From positions 1 through 64,000 of the forward strand of contig JAXLNO010003343.1 of NCBI GenBank assembly GCA_038087875.1: a DNA stretch of 64,000 nt, in the 5' to 3' direction. Shown here one piece after another: positions 39,116 to 51,124 of the stretch. The first letter of the stretch is position 1. Every line of letters starts with the position of its first letter. Under the pieces are notes generated by a model that searched no databases, was not told the DNA's origin, and saw only the letters and a list, made by a program, of their open reading frames with translations. This DNA comes from Malacoraja senta (taxonomy: Eukaryota). Made by a program: the position numbers and the translations under genes.

Positions 39116-40417
39116 CTACAAGACAGTAAGATGGTTATTTTCATCTTCAGTAAAACTTGCACAGTCACCCACCACAAAATATTCTTCAGTCCACTACAAC
39201 AACCAAGTTACTGTCCACATCTGCTCCATTTTGCCTCTTTCGTCACCATCAACCAACCACGTGGTTTAAAAGGGATCGCACGCTCCCTGTTAAGACAGTA
39301 CACAAGAAAGTTTGAAAGTACGTACCATTAAATTCAGGAACAGCTTCTTCCCCACTGTTATTGGACTACTGAATGGTTCTCATGTAAGATAAGATGTTGC
39401 CCTGATCTTCCAACCAATCTCATTGTGATCCTTGCAACTCTTTTTGATCTGCACTTTCTCTGTAACTGTAATGCTATGATATTGTAACCCGATATTCTGC
39501 ACTCTGAGAATTTTTCTCTTTGCACTGTTCTACTTGTGGATGGCTTGATTGCACATGTGTAGTATGATCTGATTGGATAACACACAGACAAACTTTTGAC
39601 TATATCACAGTTCATGTGACAATAATAAACTAATACCAACGGCAAATCTTTTCACTAGGGCATATTATTGACAATAATAAATAATTGACAAGTTACGAAA
39701 TGAGGGTCAATTGGGGAGGGGACAAGCTTAAAATTGGCAGTATTTTCACTCCTCTTCAATAAGAGATAAAAGAGACCAGTCATTTGTTTACAAAATCTCT
39801 TTTTGCAGAGTGTGGTCATTCTCTGGCGCCAGAGATTTGTGAAGACAAAATCATTGGAAGCATTTAATGTGGCGGTAGTTAACTTAATTAAACTTAAATT
39901 GGAGAACTGAGTGCAATGAGGAACTGACATCGAACAGGAGTTGATGCCTGAGGAACGTCAGCCATGGTCATATTGAATGGTGGGCAGGTTAGAGGACCAA
40001 ATGGCTTACTCGGAAACTTAATAACCGAGGAGAAAATCAGGCTTCTGAATGATCGTTCCATAAGCTACGGTACTGTCCAATTGACCACTACCCCATTACA
40101 GACAGTGGACTTTGTTTATAGAACTATGCAGGAAGGAACTGTAGATGCTGGTTTAAACCGCAGATAGACACAAAATGCTAGAGTAACTCAACGGGTCAGG
40201 CAGCATCTCTGGAGAGAAGGAATGTGTCACGTTTCGTGTCGAAACACTTATCTAATGGAACTGCTGTGCTACATTGCTGAGAACTACATGCCACACTCTG
40301 TACCTTCCCCTTTGCTCTACCTACAGTTCTTGAGTTTGATGATCATATATATGTATTTTGTTACCTCATCCAATTGGATAGCATGCAAAACAAAGCTTTA
40401 CACTCTACCTCAGTACA

Positions 40418-40712
40418 TGGGCAGCACAGTGGCGCAGAGGGAAAGTTGCTGCCTTACAGTACCACAGACCAAAGTTCAATCCTGACAATGGGTGCTGTCT
40501 ATATAGAGTTCATACATTCTCCCTGTGACCATGTGAGTTATCTCCGGGTGCTACAGTTCCGTCACATTCAAAGACGTGCAGGTTTGTAAGTTTTTGGGCT
40601 TCTGTAAATTGTCCCTAGTGTGTAGGATAGAACTAATATTTGGGTGGTCGTTAGTCAGCACAGGTTCAGTGGGCCAAAAGGCCTATTTTCATGCTGTACC
40701 TCGAAACTAAAC
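40418..40712 (+). mobile_element. V-SINE
   Basis: GGGCAGCACAGTGGCGCAG head, V-domain, (CTAAA) tail. Confidence 0.75.
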
Positions 40713-40750
40713 GTGACAATAATAAACCGAAACTTATCCCTGTGCCTATC

Positions 40751-40799
40751 TGTAGATTAGTGTCACTCATACTGTGGCTCCGCCCACAGGCTTATTAGA

Positions 40800-40845
<46 letters not shown>

Positions 40846-40958
40846 AGACTGGTAGTAAGCAAGCTGAGAAGAAAGCACCTTGTGTTTCCTCTGCAGAGTT
40901 ACTAATAAAAGACTATGGATTCTAACCACTATGTGTGAGTTTGATCATTCTTCCAACA
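40751..40958 (+). mobile_element. Solo LTR (208 bp), BEL/Pao- or Gypsy-like
   Basis: TGT...ACA termini, exact 5-bp TSD CTATC (40746-40750, 40959-40963), AATAAA 40904-40909, internal (CT)n. Confidence 0.75.
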
Positions 40959-41769
40959 CTATCTCTTGTGTTGTTACGTCTCTGGAACTAAGTGGTAGCT
41001 GCGCTTAACTTTGTTGTAGCATAACTGTTTATGCAGAACAATTCATGAAAAAAAGTCTAAAAAGGATTAAAAAACAAGTGATTCCAGCATGTTGAAAGAT
41101 AATTGGGACTGATACGTAATGGGTGGCACTGCGACACAGTTCCAGTGACGAGGGTTTGATCACAATCTTGAAACAGAAAAACTTAAACTGAGGCACGTGC
41201 CTCTACTTCATCAATTCAGTGCTGTTATGGCACTGGGCTTTAACATGAGAAAATGTGAAATTGGGTATTTCCTTAGGGCAAAATCAGACTTCTCAGAGAC
41301 TTGGAAGCTGCAAGATAGTCCTGGAATGTGGTGGATCACTGCGTGCTGTTCCAGAAGAGGACGAATTGTACTTATGTACAGTATGACTTGACTGGGGAGA
41401 ATGCAGAACAACCATTTCACTGCAGATAGACACAAAAAGATGGAGTAACTCAGCGGGACAGGCAGCATCTCTGGAGAGAAGGGACGGGGTGTCCAGCATC
41501 TGCTGTTCCATCCAAACCATTTCACTGGATCTCTGCATGCATGAAACTAAACAGAGTTATATAAAATGCAGCACATACTGCAGTACTCAAGTAGGTCAGG
41601 CTGTCCTGATTTTGCAGGTGGATAACTTTACTGTAATTTAAAAAAAACACAAAAATGTGCAGGTGTAACTCAGTGGCTCAGGCAGCATCTGGAAGACATG
41701 GTTACGTAATGTTTCAGCTTGGTGTCCTTCTTCATACTTCTTGCATCTGTTCTTTCTGACTTCAACTTA

Positions 41770-42285
41770 ACAGTTGAAAAGGACCGTCGTGAGCCCCACC
41801 ACGGGGCGTGGACTTACCATCGGAGCGGATCCCTTGCCTGGGATCGCTCCCAACGCGGCCTGCGAACTTACCATCAAGGGCTCCCAGTCTCGGGAGAGGC
41901 TAGTCGGGAGCTCCAACGCCACAGAAGGTTCGTCCAGCCCCGACGCGAGGTTCGATCGCCCGGTGCAGGGGAGCTGACAATCCCCCCGATGCGGGAGCTG
42001 ATCACCTCGACGCGGAGGGCCCGAAAGCCGCCGGCTACGGGACTCAAGACCGTCCGTTCAACGGGGGGCTCGAGGCCCCCGACCAAGGAAGAACAAGGGA
42101 AGGACTTGGAACTTTATTTTCGCCTTCCATCACAGTGAGGAATGTGTAGGAGTCACTATGATGGATGTTTATGTCAAAATGTGTTTTTGAGTCTGTTGCT
42201 TTTTTAAATTGTATGACTGACCTGGCCAGTGAATTTTACTACACCAATTGGTGTATGTAACAATAAATGAACATGAACTTATGAA
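41770..42285 (+). mobile_element. GC-rich retroposon family, truncated copy C
   Basis: Shares the GCCTTCCATCACAG...GATGGATG hairpin and 3' organisation with copies A and B. Confidence 0.65.
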
Positions 42286-42984
42286 ATGACCAGTTCTTTT
42301 ATCGACAGGGAATACAACTTGTTGAACGTGGAATTGAGTGTGAAAGGCTGCAACATGTCAAGGTAGAAGCTGAGTTGTTGGTCCTCAAGGTTACTTTCAC
42401 CCTTGTTATCCTAGTGTAAGAGGTACAGATGGATGGATCATGGTGGGTGTTGAATGGAGAATTAAAGTGGCACGAATTAGGAATCTTAGAAAGTCCCATG
42501 GATTGAATGCGGGTTCTCCAGAACGCAGCCACTCAATTTGTTTCATTGATGCGATGTGGAAGATTACGTCATGAAAACCAAATGCAGTAGATTTGACTGG
42601 AAGTGCAAGTGTTTCACGCTGTTTCACTTTGAAGAACTGCCTGGGTCTATGGACAGTAGGAAGGGAAGAGGTAAATGGATAGATGTTGCATGCACCAAGA
42701 CAGGAAAGTAGAGGAAAGTTGTGGGGATAGTAGACAGACCAGGGAGCGAAAAAGGGAATGACTACTTCAAGATATAGAATGGGGATCAGGGCAGGAGGGG
42801 GGGGGAGAAATGGATTGACTAATTGAATCAGATTTAAACTGGGAGTAAGTATTCAACATGGAGGCTGGAGGAGTGAAAAACTCTGCCCTGTCCAATGAGA
42901 ATATATAGAACATAGAACAGTACAAGAACAGGACTTTCAGCCTGCAATGTCCATGTCGAACAGGATACCAAGTTAAACTAAGGC

Positions 42985-43280
42985 AACACAGTGGCACAGT
43001 GATAGAATGGCTGTCTTACAGCATTAGAGACCCGGGTTCGATCCTGACTAGAGTGCTGTCTGGACGGAGTTTGTACGTTCTCTCTGTCACCCTGTGGGTT
43101 TTCTCTGGGGGCTACGGTTTCCTCCCAAATACAAAAGACGTGCAGGTTTGTAGGTTAATTGGCTTCTGTAAATTGTCCCTAGCTTGTAGGACAAAAATAG
43201 TGAATGGGCAATTGCTGGTCAGTGCAGACTCAGTGGCCCAAAGATCCTGTTTCCATACTCTATCTCTAAACTAAACCAAA
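42985..43280 (+). mobile_element. V-SINE
   Basis: GGGTTCGATCC B-box, V-domain, CTAAACTAAA tail. Confidence 0.8.
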
Positions 43281-43851
43281 ACTGATTTCCACTGCCTGCA
43301 TGTGATCCATATCCTTGTATTCGCTGCACATTCACAAGCCTGTCCAAAACCTTCTTAAGCACCATTATCATGTCTTCCTCTACCACCACTCCTGGTAGCG
43401 CATTCTAGGTATCAAGCTCTCTCTGTGCAAAAAAACACTTGACCTGCACAACTCGTGTAAATTTTGCCCTTCGAAGCTTAATGCTGTGCTCTTTTGAGAT
43501 GTGTGATAGACATGCAATCCCATTAGGGGCTGTCAACTGTGGTCAAGAAAATCCATGGTTAACTAATATGAAAGACATCAATTACACTTTCTCCCTGTCA
43601 AACAGGGATGTAATGCTGAGGTTCTATAAGGCGCCGGTCAGGCCACATTTGGAGCATTGTGAGCAATTTTGGGCACCATATCTGAGGAAGGATGTGCTGG
43701 CTCTGGAGAGTGTCCAGAGGAGGTGTCCAAGAATGATCCCAGGAATGAATGGGTTAACATATAATGACCATTTGATGGCAGTGGGCCTGTACTCGCTGGA
43801 GTTTAGAAGAATAAGGGGGGACCTCATTGAATCATACAAAATAGTGAAAGA

Positions 43852-45285
43852 CTGTTTGCCTTTTGAAATTGGTTAGATTATGTTTGCTCCCACAAAATTG
43901 CATTAAAAAACCTATAGTGAAAATTCTATAATATATAGTGGTATACGAATTTGGAAACAATTAAAAAAGACTTTAAAATTGGATAATTTATCACTCTGTC
44001 TCCCCATTATAAACAACCCTTTATTCAAACCCTCCATGTTGGATAAAGGCTTTACACAATGGAAAAATTAAGGAATTAAAAAGATGGGACATCTTTATAG
44101 GAAAGGCACTTTTCTTTAATTTCAGGGGTTACAACAGATTTACGGACCACACTCAAATAACTTTTTCAGATATTTACAAATTAGAGATTACATTAAATCA
44201 AATACACAAGATTACAGAACTAGGGAACCAGAAATCCTTGATGAATGTTTGAATAAACATCCTAATAACATCAACAGGGGGCGCCGTCGAATATGGCTGC
44301 CCCGCCAGCAGCTGTTAGTTTTTTCACTCTTTTTTTAATTTTTAGTTAGTTGAGAGTGTTGGTTGGAGATCTTTTAGTCTTTTTATGTGGGGGGGGGGGG
44401 TAGGGGGAAGGGGGAAACTATTCTTCTCAGTCCCTACCTGGTCGGAGATGCGGCTTTTCTCCGAGCCGTATCTTCGCCCCTTCCTCGCGGCCTACGGGCA
44501 GGCTGGAGCGGCGTTTTCCTGCCGGGACCGGCCAGGACTTCAGCTTCGGCGGCGGCACAGCGCTGAAGCACCATCGCGGAGCGGGCGATGCCTAACCCGG
44601 GTCGCCGTGCAGTAAGCTCCGGAGTGCTGTGACGGCCAGCACTAACATCGCAGAGCTGCGGTCTGCGGTCAGTGGAGCTTCCAGCGGCGCTGAGCTTGGA
44701 ACACCGCGGAGCCTGGGATCTGACGACGAGGTCGACAGAGTCGGGGCATCGACCAGCGCGGCTCGTGGACTTCGGGAGCCGCGGTCTACTGGGAGGAGGC
44801 AGCCGCTCCAGACACTCCGGGCCGCTGAGAGTGTTCACCCGACGCCGGAGCTTCATCATCCGGCGAGAGGGCCTGAGGCATCGGGCTGCCGTAGCGGCGA
44901 CTGCAGAGGCCTCAATAGGCCCCGACTATGGGTGAACTGGGGATGGGACTGGACTTTGCTGCCTTCCCCCACAGTGGGAACCATTGTGGGGGGATGTTTT
45001 TATGTTTACTGTTAAATTCTTTGTTGTAATCTTTATTTGTGTGCTGCATGGCAAGTCAAATTCCTATCAACTCAGTTGACATGGCAATAAACTTCTTGAA
45101 TCTTGAATCTTGAATCTTAATACAGAAAAATTAATATCTCATATTTATAATACCCTCTTAGATAGTGAGGTCCCGCCGACGGATTTATATAGACACACAT
45201 GGGAAAATGAATTAGGCCAACCCATAACGAAAGATATTTGGGACGAAAGTCTACAATATATACATCAATGCTCGTTAAATGCCAG
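43852..45285 (+). mobile_element. L1 ORF2 C-terminal fragment (distinct subfamily), split by retroposon copy B
   Basis: N..F.PS..D..F..W, FFRYLQIRDY, HPN|TEKLISHIYNTLL, WENELG, CSLNAR. Confidence 0.8.
44268..45117 (+). mobile_element. ~850-bp GC-rich non-autonomous retroposon, copy B
   Basis: 5-bp TSD TAATA (44263-44267, 45118-45122); (TTGAATC)n tail; the L1 frame resumes exactly after the TSD. Confidence 0.8.
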
Positions 45286-45304
45286 ACATGCCTGTTTGCT
45301 GGCA

Positions 45305-45480
45305 TGCGTCTTCCACCCATGGAAGACTTGACCCAGGACGGCCATTCAAGACGATGTTGAAGACGTTGATGGAAGACGCATGTGTAGAGACAAAAGAGGA
45401 GCTTGCCAGCTGCATGGAGGACAGAGATGTGTGGTGCGTCCGTCACCGTGCCCGTTGGAAACCAGCACGGCACTAATGTT
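45305..45480 (+). mobile_element. RTE-clade LINE 3' fragment
   Basis: THGRLDPGRPFKT...EDACVETKEELASCMEDRDVW resembles the RTE ORF C-terminus. Confidence 0.6.
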
Positions 45481-45629
45481 TTCAACGATTATTATTATCA
45501 TCCACTACACCCCCTCTGTCCTGGGGATTTATCCACATTTCTCTTCAAGTGATCCAACATCTCCTTCTTACTTAACTTCAAAGTGTCCCTGCATGTTAGC
45601 ATTCTCCACATTGATTCTCCATGTGTAAG

Positions 45630-46440
45630 AAAGAACTGCAGATGCTGCAGATGTTAAAATCGTAGAGAGACACAAAATGCTGGGGTAACTCAGCGGGTCA
45701 GGCAGCTTCCCTGGAGAGATGGAATGGGCATTGTTTTGGGTCGAGACCCTTCTTCAGACTGATGTCAGGGGAGGGACAAAGATAGAATGTCGGCGGAGAC
45801 AGTAAGACTGGTGGCAGAATTGGGAAGGGGGAGGGGATGGAGAGAGAAATCAAGGGCTATCGAAAGTTATAGAAGTCAATGTTCATACCGCTGGAGTATA
45901 GACTACCCAAGCGAAATATGGGGTGCTGTTCCTCCAATTTGGGCTGGGCCTCACTCTGACAATGGAGGAGGCCCAGGACAGAAAGGTCAGATTGGGAATG
46001 GGAGGGGGAGTTGAAGTGCTGAGCCACCGGGAGATCGGGTAGGGTAAGACAGACTGAGGGGAAGTGTTCAGCAAAACGATCGCCGAGCCTGCGCTTGGTC
46101 TCACTGATGTAGAGAAGTTGACAACTGAAACAGCGGATACAGTAGATGAGGTTGGAAGAGGTGCAAGTGAACTTCTGCCTCACCTGGAAAGACTTTAGGT
46201 CCTTGGACGGAGTCGAGGGGGGACGTAAAGTGACAGGTGTTGCATCTCCTGCGGTTGCAGGGGAAAGTATCCGGAGAGCAGGTGGTTTGGGTGTGAAGGG
46301 ACGAGTTGACCAGGGAGTTTCGGAGGGAACGGTCTCTGCGGAAAGCAGAAAGGGGTGGAGATGGGAAGATGTGACCAGTAGTGGGATCCCGTTGGAGGTG
46401 GCAAAAATGTTGGAGGATTTTATGATGTACTTACTATTAA
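45630..46440 (-). mobile_element. Penelope-like element 3' part (GIY-YIG endonuclease and terminal repeat)
   Basis: SNLIYCIRC...LYISETKRRLGDRFAEH...VAQHFN...EEQHPIFRLGSL..GMNIDF, followed by a CTGAAGAAGGGTCTCGACCC tail. Confidence 0.9.
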
Positions 46441-46574
46441 TGGTCCTTACTATTCTACATGTCTTCCTTGGTGAAACCAAACCTCGCCTATATCCACAAA
46501 CTCCAAGCACATATTCCCTTCTATATCCTTAAGCAATCCACCTTTTGCTGCAATGGTTGCCTCGCCAACAGTAT

Positions 46575-47245
46575 GTCTGTCCCTTCCTTCCTTGTGTCTG
46601 TTTTGTACGTGTTAAATGTATATTCTTTAGTGTTCTTTAGCTTGTTTTGGGGGTGGGGGTTGGGGGAGTTGTGGGAAACTTTTCCTAATCTCTTACCTCG
46701 ACGTAGATGTGATATTTTCTGTATCGTATCTCCGTCCACAATGCGGCCTAACATTGATGAATGGCGGCCTTTGCTAGAGATCGACCGGGAGATCCATCGC
46801 AGGAGCCTGTGGACTTACCATCATGGAGCTCGCAATCCCTGTCGGGGATCGACTTTAGGGCTCCAACTGTGAGAGCCTGCAAGACTTTAACATCGCGGAG
46901 CCCGTGGTCCCCGGTCGAGACCAACATCCGGGACCTCCAAGCCGCAGGAGTTTCGACCGCTCCGACCGCTCCGACGCGGGAGTTTCGATTCCCCAATGGG
47001 GGTTTCGACCACCGACTGCAGATTGTTTGACTGCCCCGACCGTGGGAGATAAAGAGGAAGGAGATTAGACTTTATTGCCTTCTATCACAGTGAGGAACGT
47101 GCGGGCTCCTCTGTTGTGGATGTTTATGTTAACTTTTACGTTATTGTGTGTCTTGTTGCTTTCTTTTTGTATGGTGTATGGTAGTCTGCATTTCAATGTA
47201 CCTTAATTGGTACATGTGACAATAAACTAACCATGAAACCTTGAA
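46575..47245 (+). mobile_element. GC-rich retroposon family, copy D
   Basis: T-rich then G-run 5' part, GC-rich core, GCCTTCTATCACAG motif and AATAAA-containing tail as in A and B. Confidence 0.65.
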
Positions 47246-47454
47246 AAAGATGTGGGATTTTCTGTAATCCGACTCACTAAAGCCACTTTGTGGCCTTTAT
47301 TAGCCCCTTTAGTTTTAAGCTTTAGAGCAGTGGTTCTTAATCTTTTTGGCCCCACGACCCCATCAGGCATTCTTGATCAGTACCGTGACCTCTAAAACAA
47401 AATTTGAAAAAAAACAGCCCGATTTATTAAAACATGTCAGCCAATGCTCAGTCA

Positions 47455-49170
47455 ATGGGATGGCTGAAATTGCTTCGCAGTCATCAGGCAATCAAAACAT
47501 GGACGAATGCTCGACAGGCAGCATCTCATGTCAGTGTCGATCACAAGCCTATTGTGTACCTTCGTTTTCAGAGTTACCATAGTTGAAAATCCACCCTCAC
47601 AGTGAGAGGTTGAGGGGGAATGGACCAATAGGGTCAGGGCCCTCTTCGAAAGAGCAGGACAGTCCTTCACTTCCAGCCAAAACGTGGCGAGCTCTTGTTC
47701 CATGAAGTCACTCTTGAGTTGCGCATCTCCACGAATTCGGTAAAATTCAACCTTCGCAGTCACGTCAGTATCACTGATGCCACCGTCTTCAACGGAAAAG
47801 GGTCGGATGATCCACTGATCAAGAGAGCGGTCGTCCAGTCCGGGGAAATAACGTTCGATGGCTTCACTAATTGCCAGAAGGTGGGTTGAGATCTCCTCGT
47901 GGAAGTGGCATTCAGCATCAGGCATAGCATCCAGGAGAGTCGTCATCTCAGGGAAGATAGTCGAGTCACCGTCCTGGACTCTTCTCTGGTAAAGGTTCCT
48001 CCTGAATGCTGCCACTTTGCCATTGGGAGGTTTCCTTGAAGTGACAGGTTCAAGGAATTCACCTCAGCGAAGAAGTCAGCCAAGTAAGCAACCTTCATCA
48101 CGAACAGTTCATCCTGCATCTTTTCATGAAGCTGATTCTCCTTCTCAGTACCCCTTCTCTCCAAGAACAACGCTATTTCCTCTTGAAGTCAAATCACATG
48201 ATTGAGAACTTTACCACGCAAAAGCCAGCGCACTTCTGTGTGGAATAACAGAATAGTGAAATCGGCGCCCATTTCTTCACACATCGCTTGAAGATTCTTG
48301 AGTTTGTTGCGCTCTCGGATGTGGTTCACAATCTTCACCACATCTGAAAGCACTTCTCGAAGACCAAGAGGGAGAGTCTTCATCGCTAAAGCATGGTGAT
48401 GTATCTTGCAGTGGGTGAAGGAGACATGGGGAGCGACATCCTTCACGAAGGCTTGGAAACCGGATCTGCAACTGACCATGGAAGGTGCCCCAACTGTACA
48501 CATCCCAACAAGGCATTCCCAGCCAAGCTCATGTTTGATGAGGAAGGCTTCCAGCATTCTGAACACATCTTCTCCCCGAGTGGTGGTAGCCAATCGCTCC
48601 GAGAACAGGTACTTCTCCATTGAGGTAACGAACGTAGACTAGCAGTTGGGAACATGAGGCAACATCTGTTGACTCACCCAGTTGCAGTGAATACACTGGA
48701 CTGCTCGTCACAGCCCTCACTACTTGCAGCAGAATATCATTACTCATATCTGAGATTCAACTTTTGACTGTGTCATTCAAAAGGGAAATCTGTCTGAACT
48801 TGTTTGACTGCTGTTCCCCCAGCACCAACTTCGCTGCTTCGAGAAGGCATGGCTTGATAAGCTCTTCACCGATGCTGTGAGGTTTCTTAGTCTGTGCGAT
48901 TCGATAAGCAATCCGGTATGAAGCCTCCAAAGCTGCTTCATTTTGATGAGCGAGTGACCCGTTGAATAGATGCAGGATCCCTTGAGTACGGCTTCTTTTC
49001 GTTTGAAATCGTCCACGCTCTTCCCCGCCAGGTTACTGTGACAAGACACCAAATGGATCTTCAGTTTGCTGGGCTTCATGCTCTCGTGACTCAAAACCTT
49101 GGCACAGAGAACACATCGCGGCTTGACCACGGATTTTGAACAATGCTTGTGAAGCCGAACTTGAGAAATG
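47455..49170 (-). pseudogene. hAT (ZBED5/ZBED8-like) transposase, disrupted
   Basis: KPRCVLC..VLS.ESMKPSKL..H, LQLGESTD, CTVGAP, HC.IH..ALA, HTEVRWL.RG, CEGGFS; frameshifts; the usual Asp residues of LQLDESTD and CTDGA appear as G and V. Confidence 0.9.
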
Positions 49171-49639
49171 TTTCACTATACGTGCGCGTCTTGGAAGACA
49201 TGGTTCACAACACACACTGTTTGTGCGTGTATACGCAGGGCCTCACAGGAATTTTATCAGTGGGTACAAAGTTTCTTTTGGGCCCCCTTCCCTTCTCCAT
49301 TAGTCATCCTGTTTTTATCCACTATGCTACAGTTTTATGCTATGAGCTGTAGCCTGCACGGCAAAAAGGGGTATGGAAGATGAGAGAGGGGTGGGATGGG
49401 GCGCTCTGTTGATTTTCTGCATTTGAGGCCTTATGTCCCTATACACCCTCCATGATAAATATAAATAAATATAAATAACATAAAAGGATCAGCAAGCACA
49501 TTTGTTTTCCTTCACTCTATAGATGCTGCCTCACCCATTGAGTTTCTCCAGCATTTTATCTACCTTTGATTTATGCATCTTTGTTTATGCTACAATACAG
49601 ATAAGGAGAAAGAATTCACATTGAAACATCCTTTTATAT

Positions 49640-50022
49640 TTAACCGCAGAACTGCTGGCCTGCGGCCTATAACATCCTGAAGCTGCGGTCTCCAGTAGGA
49701 AAGTGCCGAGTCGGGACCTCCAAGCCGCAGAGTGTGTTTGTCCGTCCCAACGTCAGAGTTTGGATCATCCCGACGAGAGGGCCTTGTACATCGGGCCGTC
49801 CCTAGCGGCGACTACGGAGGGGTTATGGCCCCGAACACGGGTGAACAATGGAGGACTTGCTGAAACTTGTTGCCTTCCACCACAGTGAAGAATGCTGTAG
49901 TGGATGTTTGTGTTCAATTTTATTGTGTATTGTGTGTTCTTTTTACATGTATCACTGCTGGCAAATTCACTTCACTGCACCTTCGGGTGTATGTGATGAA
50001 TAAAACTGACTTTAACTTTGAA
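49640..50022 (+). mobile_element. GC-rich retroposon family, truncated copy E
   Basis: GCCTTCCACCACAG...CTGTAGTGGATG hairpin and AATAAA tail. Confidence 0.65.
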
Positions 50023-50285
50023 TACTTAGCCTGGCCAAATCCACAAGACGTTCATGAGACATTGTCGACCTTAATCAGCTTGAGTTTGCTAAATGACCTC
50101 TCTGCAGAAGCTACTGTTGCTGGAATTGTTAATAGTATTCTGAAGCTAACACAAACATTTGGAAACAGGTTACCAAGTCAATAGTCTGTTAACAAGTTCA
50201 ACAGATCGAATGGTTTTAACTTCATTTATAAAATTCACCCTCCCACTAACACATACATACACTCAGACACACACTCACTCACCTA

Positions 50286-50810
50286 NNNNNNNNNNNNNNN
50301 NNNNNNNNNNNNNNNNNNNNNNNNNNNNNNNNNNNNNNNNNNNNNNNNNNNNNNNNNNNNNNNNNNNNNNNNNNNNNNNNNNNNNNNNNNNNNNNNNNNN
50401 NNNNNNNNNNNNNNNNNNNNNNNNNNNNNNNNNNNNNNNNNNNNNNNNNNNNNNNNNNNNNNNNNNNNNNNNNNNNNNNNNNNNNNNNNNNNNNNNNNNN
50501 NNNNNNNNNNNNNNNNNNNNNNNNNNNNNNNNNNNNNNNNNNNNNNNNNNNNNNNNNNNNNNNNNNNNNNNNNNNNNNNNNNNNNNNNNNNNNNNNNNNN
50601 NNNNNNNNNNNNNNNNNNNNNNNNNNNNNNNNNNNNNNNNNNNNNNNNNNNNNNNNNNNNNNNNNNNNNNNNNNNNNNNNNNNNNNNNNNNNNNNNNNNN
50701 NNNNNNNNNNNNNNNNNNNNNNNNNNNNNNNNNNNNNNNNNNNNNNNNNNNNNNNNNNNNNNNNNNNNNNNNNNNNNNNNNNNNNNNNNNNNNNNNNNNN
50801 NNNNNNNNNT
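50286..50810. other. Assembly gap; other gaps at 2536-2754, 5575-5879, 8189-8358 and 31724-31861
   Basis: Runs of N. Confidence 1.
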
Positions 50811-51124
50811 GACCTACACCCCCACCCACACAAATCCACCCACTTACCCACGCCCACTCTCCCACACCCCCACCCCCACCCCCACCCAAACGCAGGCCCG
50901 GACCACTGAAACAGCCGTGGCTGCCGACTCTCACCATCTCCCCGGGCGGGGACACCACAGCCACTGTCGCTGGAAAGCCCATATCTCTACTCCAGCTCCC
51001 CACGGGCCTCCGCCAGCGACTCCGCCGACACTTGCCTCTCCACCGGCCACCAGCGGGCCAGAGTCGTCACCTTCCCGGTTCAGCACCAGGCCCACAACCT
51101 CCACCATGCAGGCAGCACGTGGTC

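Noticed and set aside
39760-39830. NDHTLQK after a possible acceptor, resembling an alpha2 exon start
   Set aside because: A stop follows within five codons, and there is no GC motif, DG/DF segment, C-terminal CxxWL or suitable donor.
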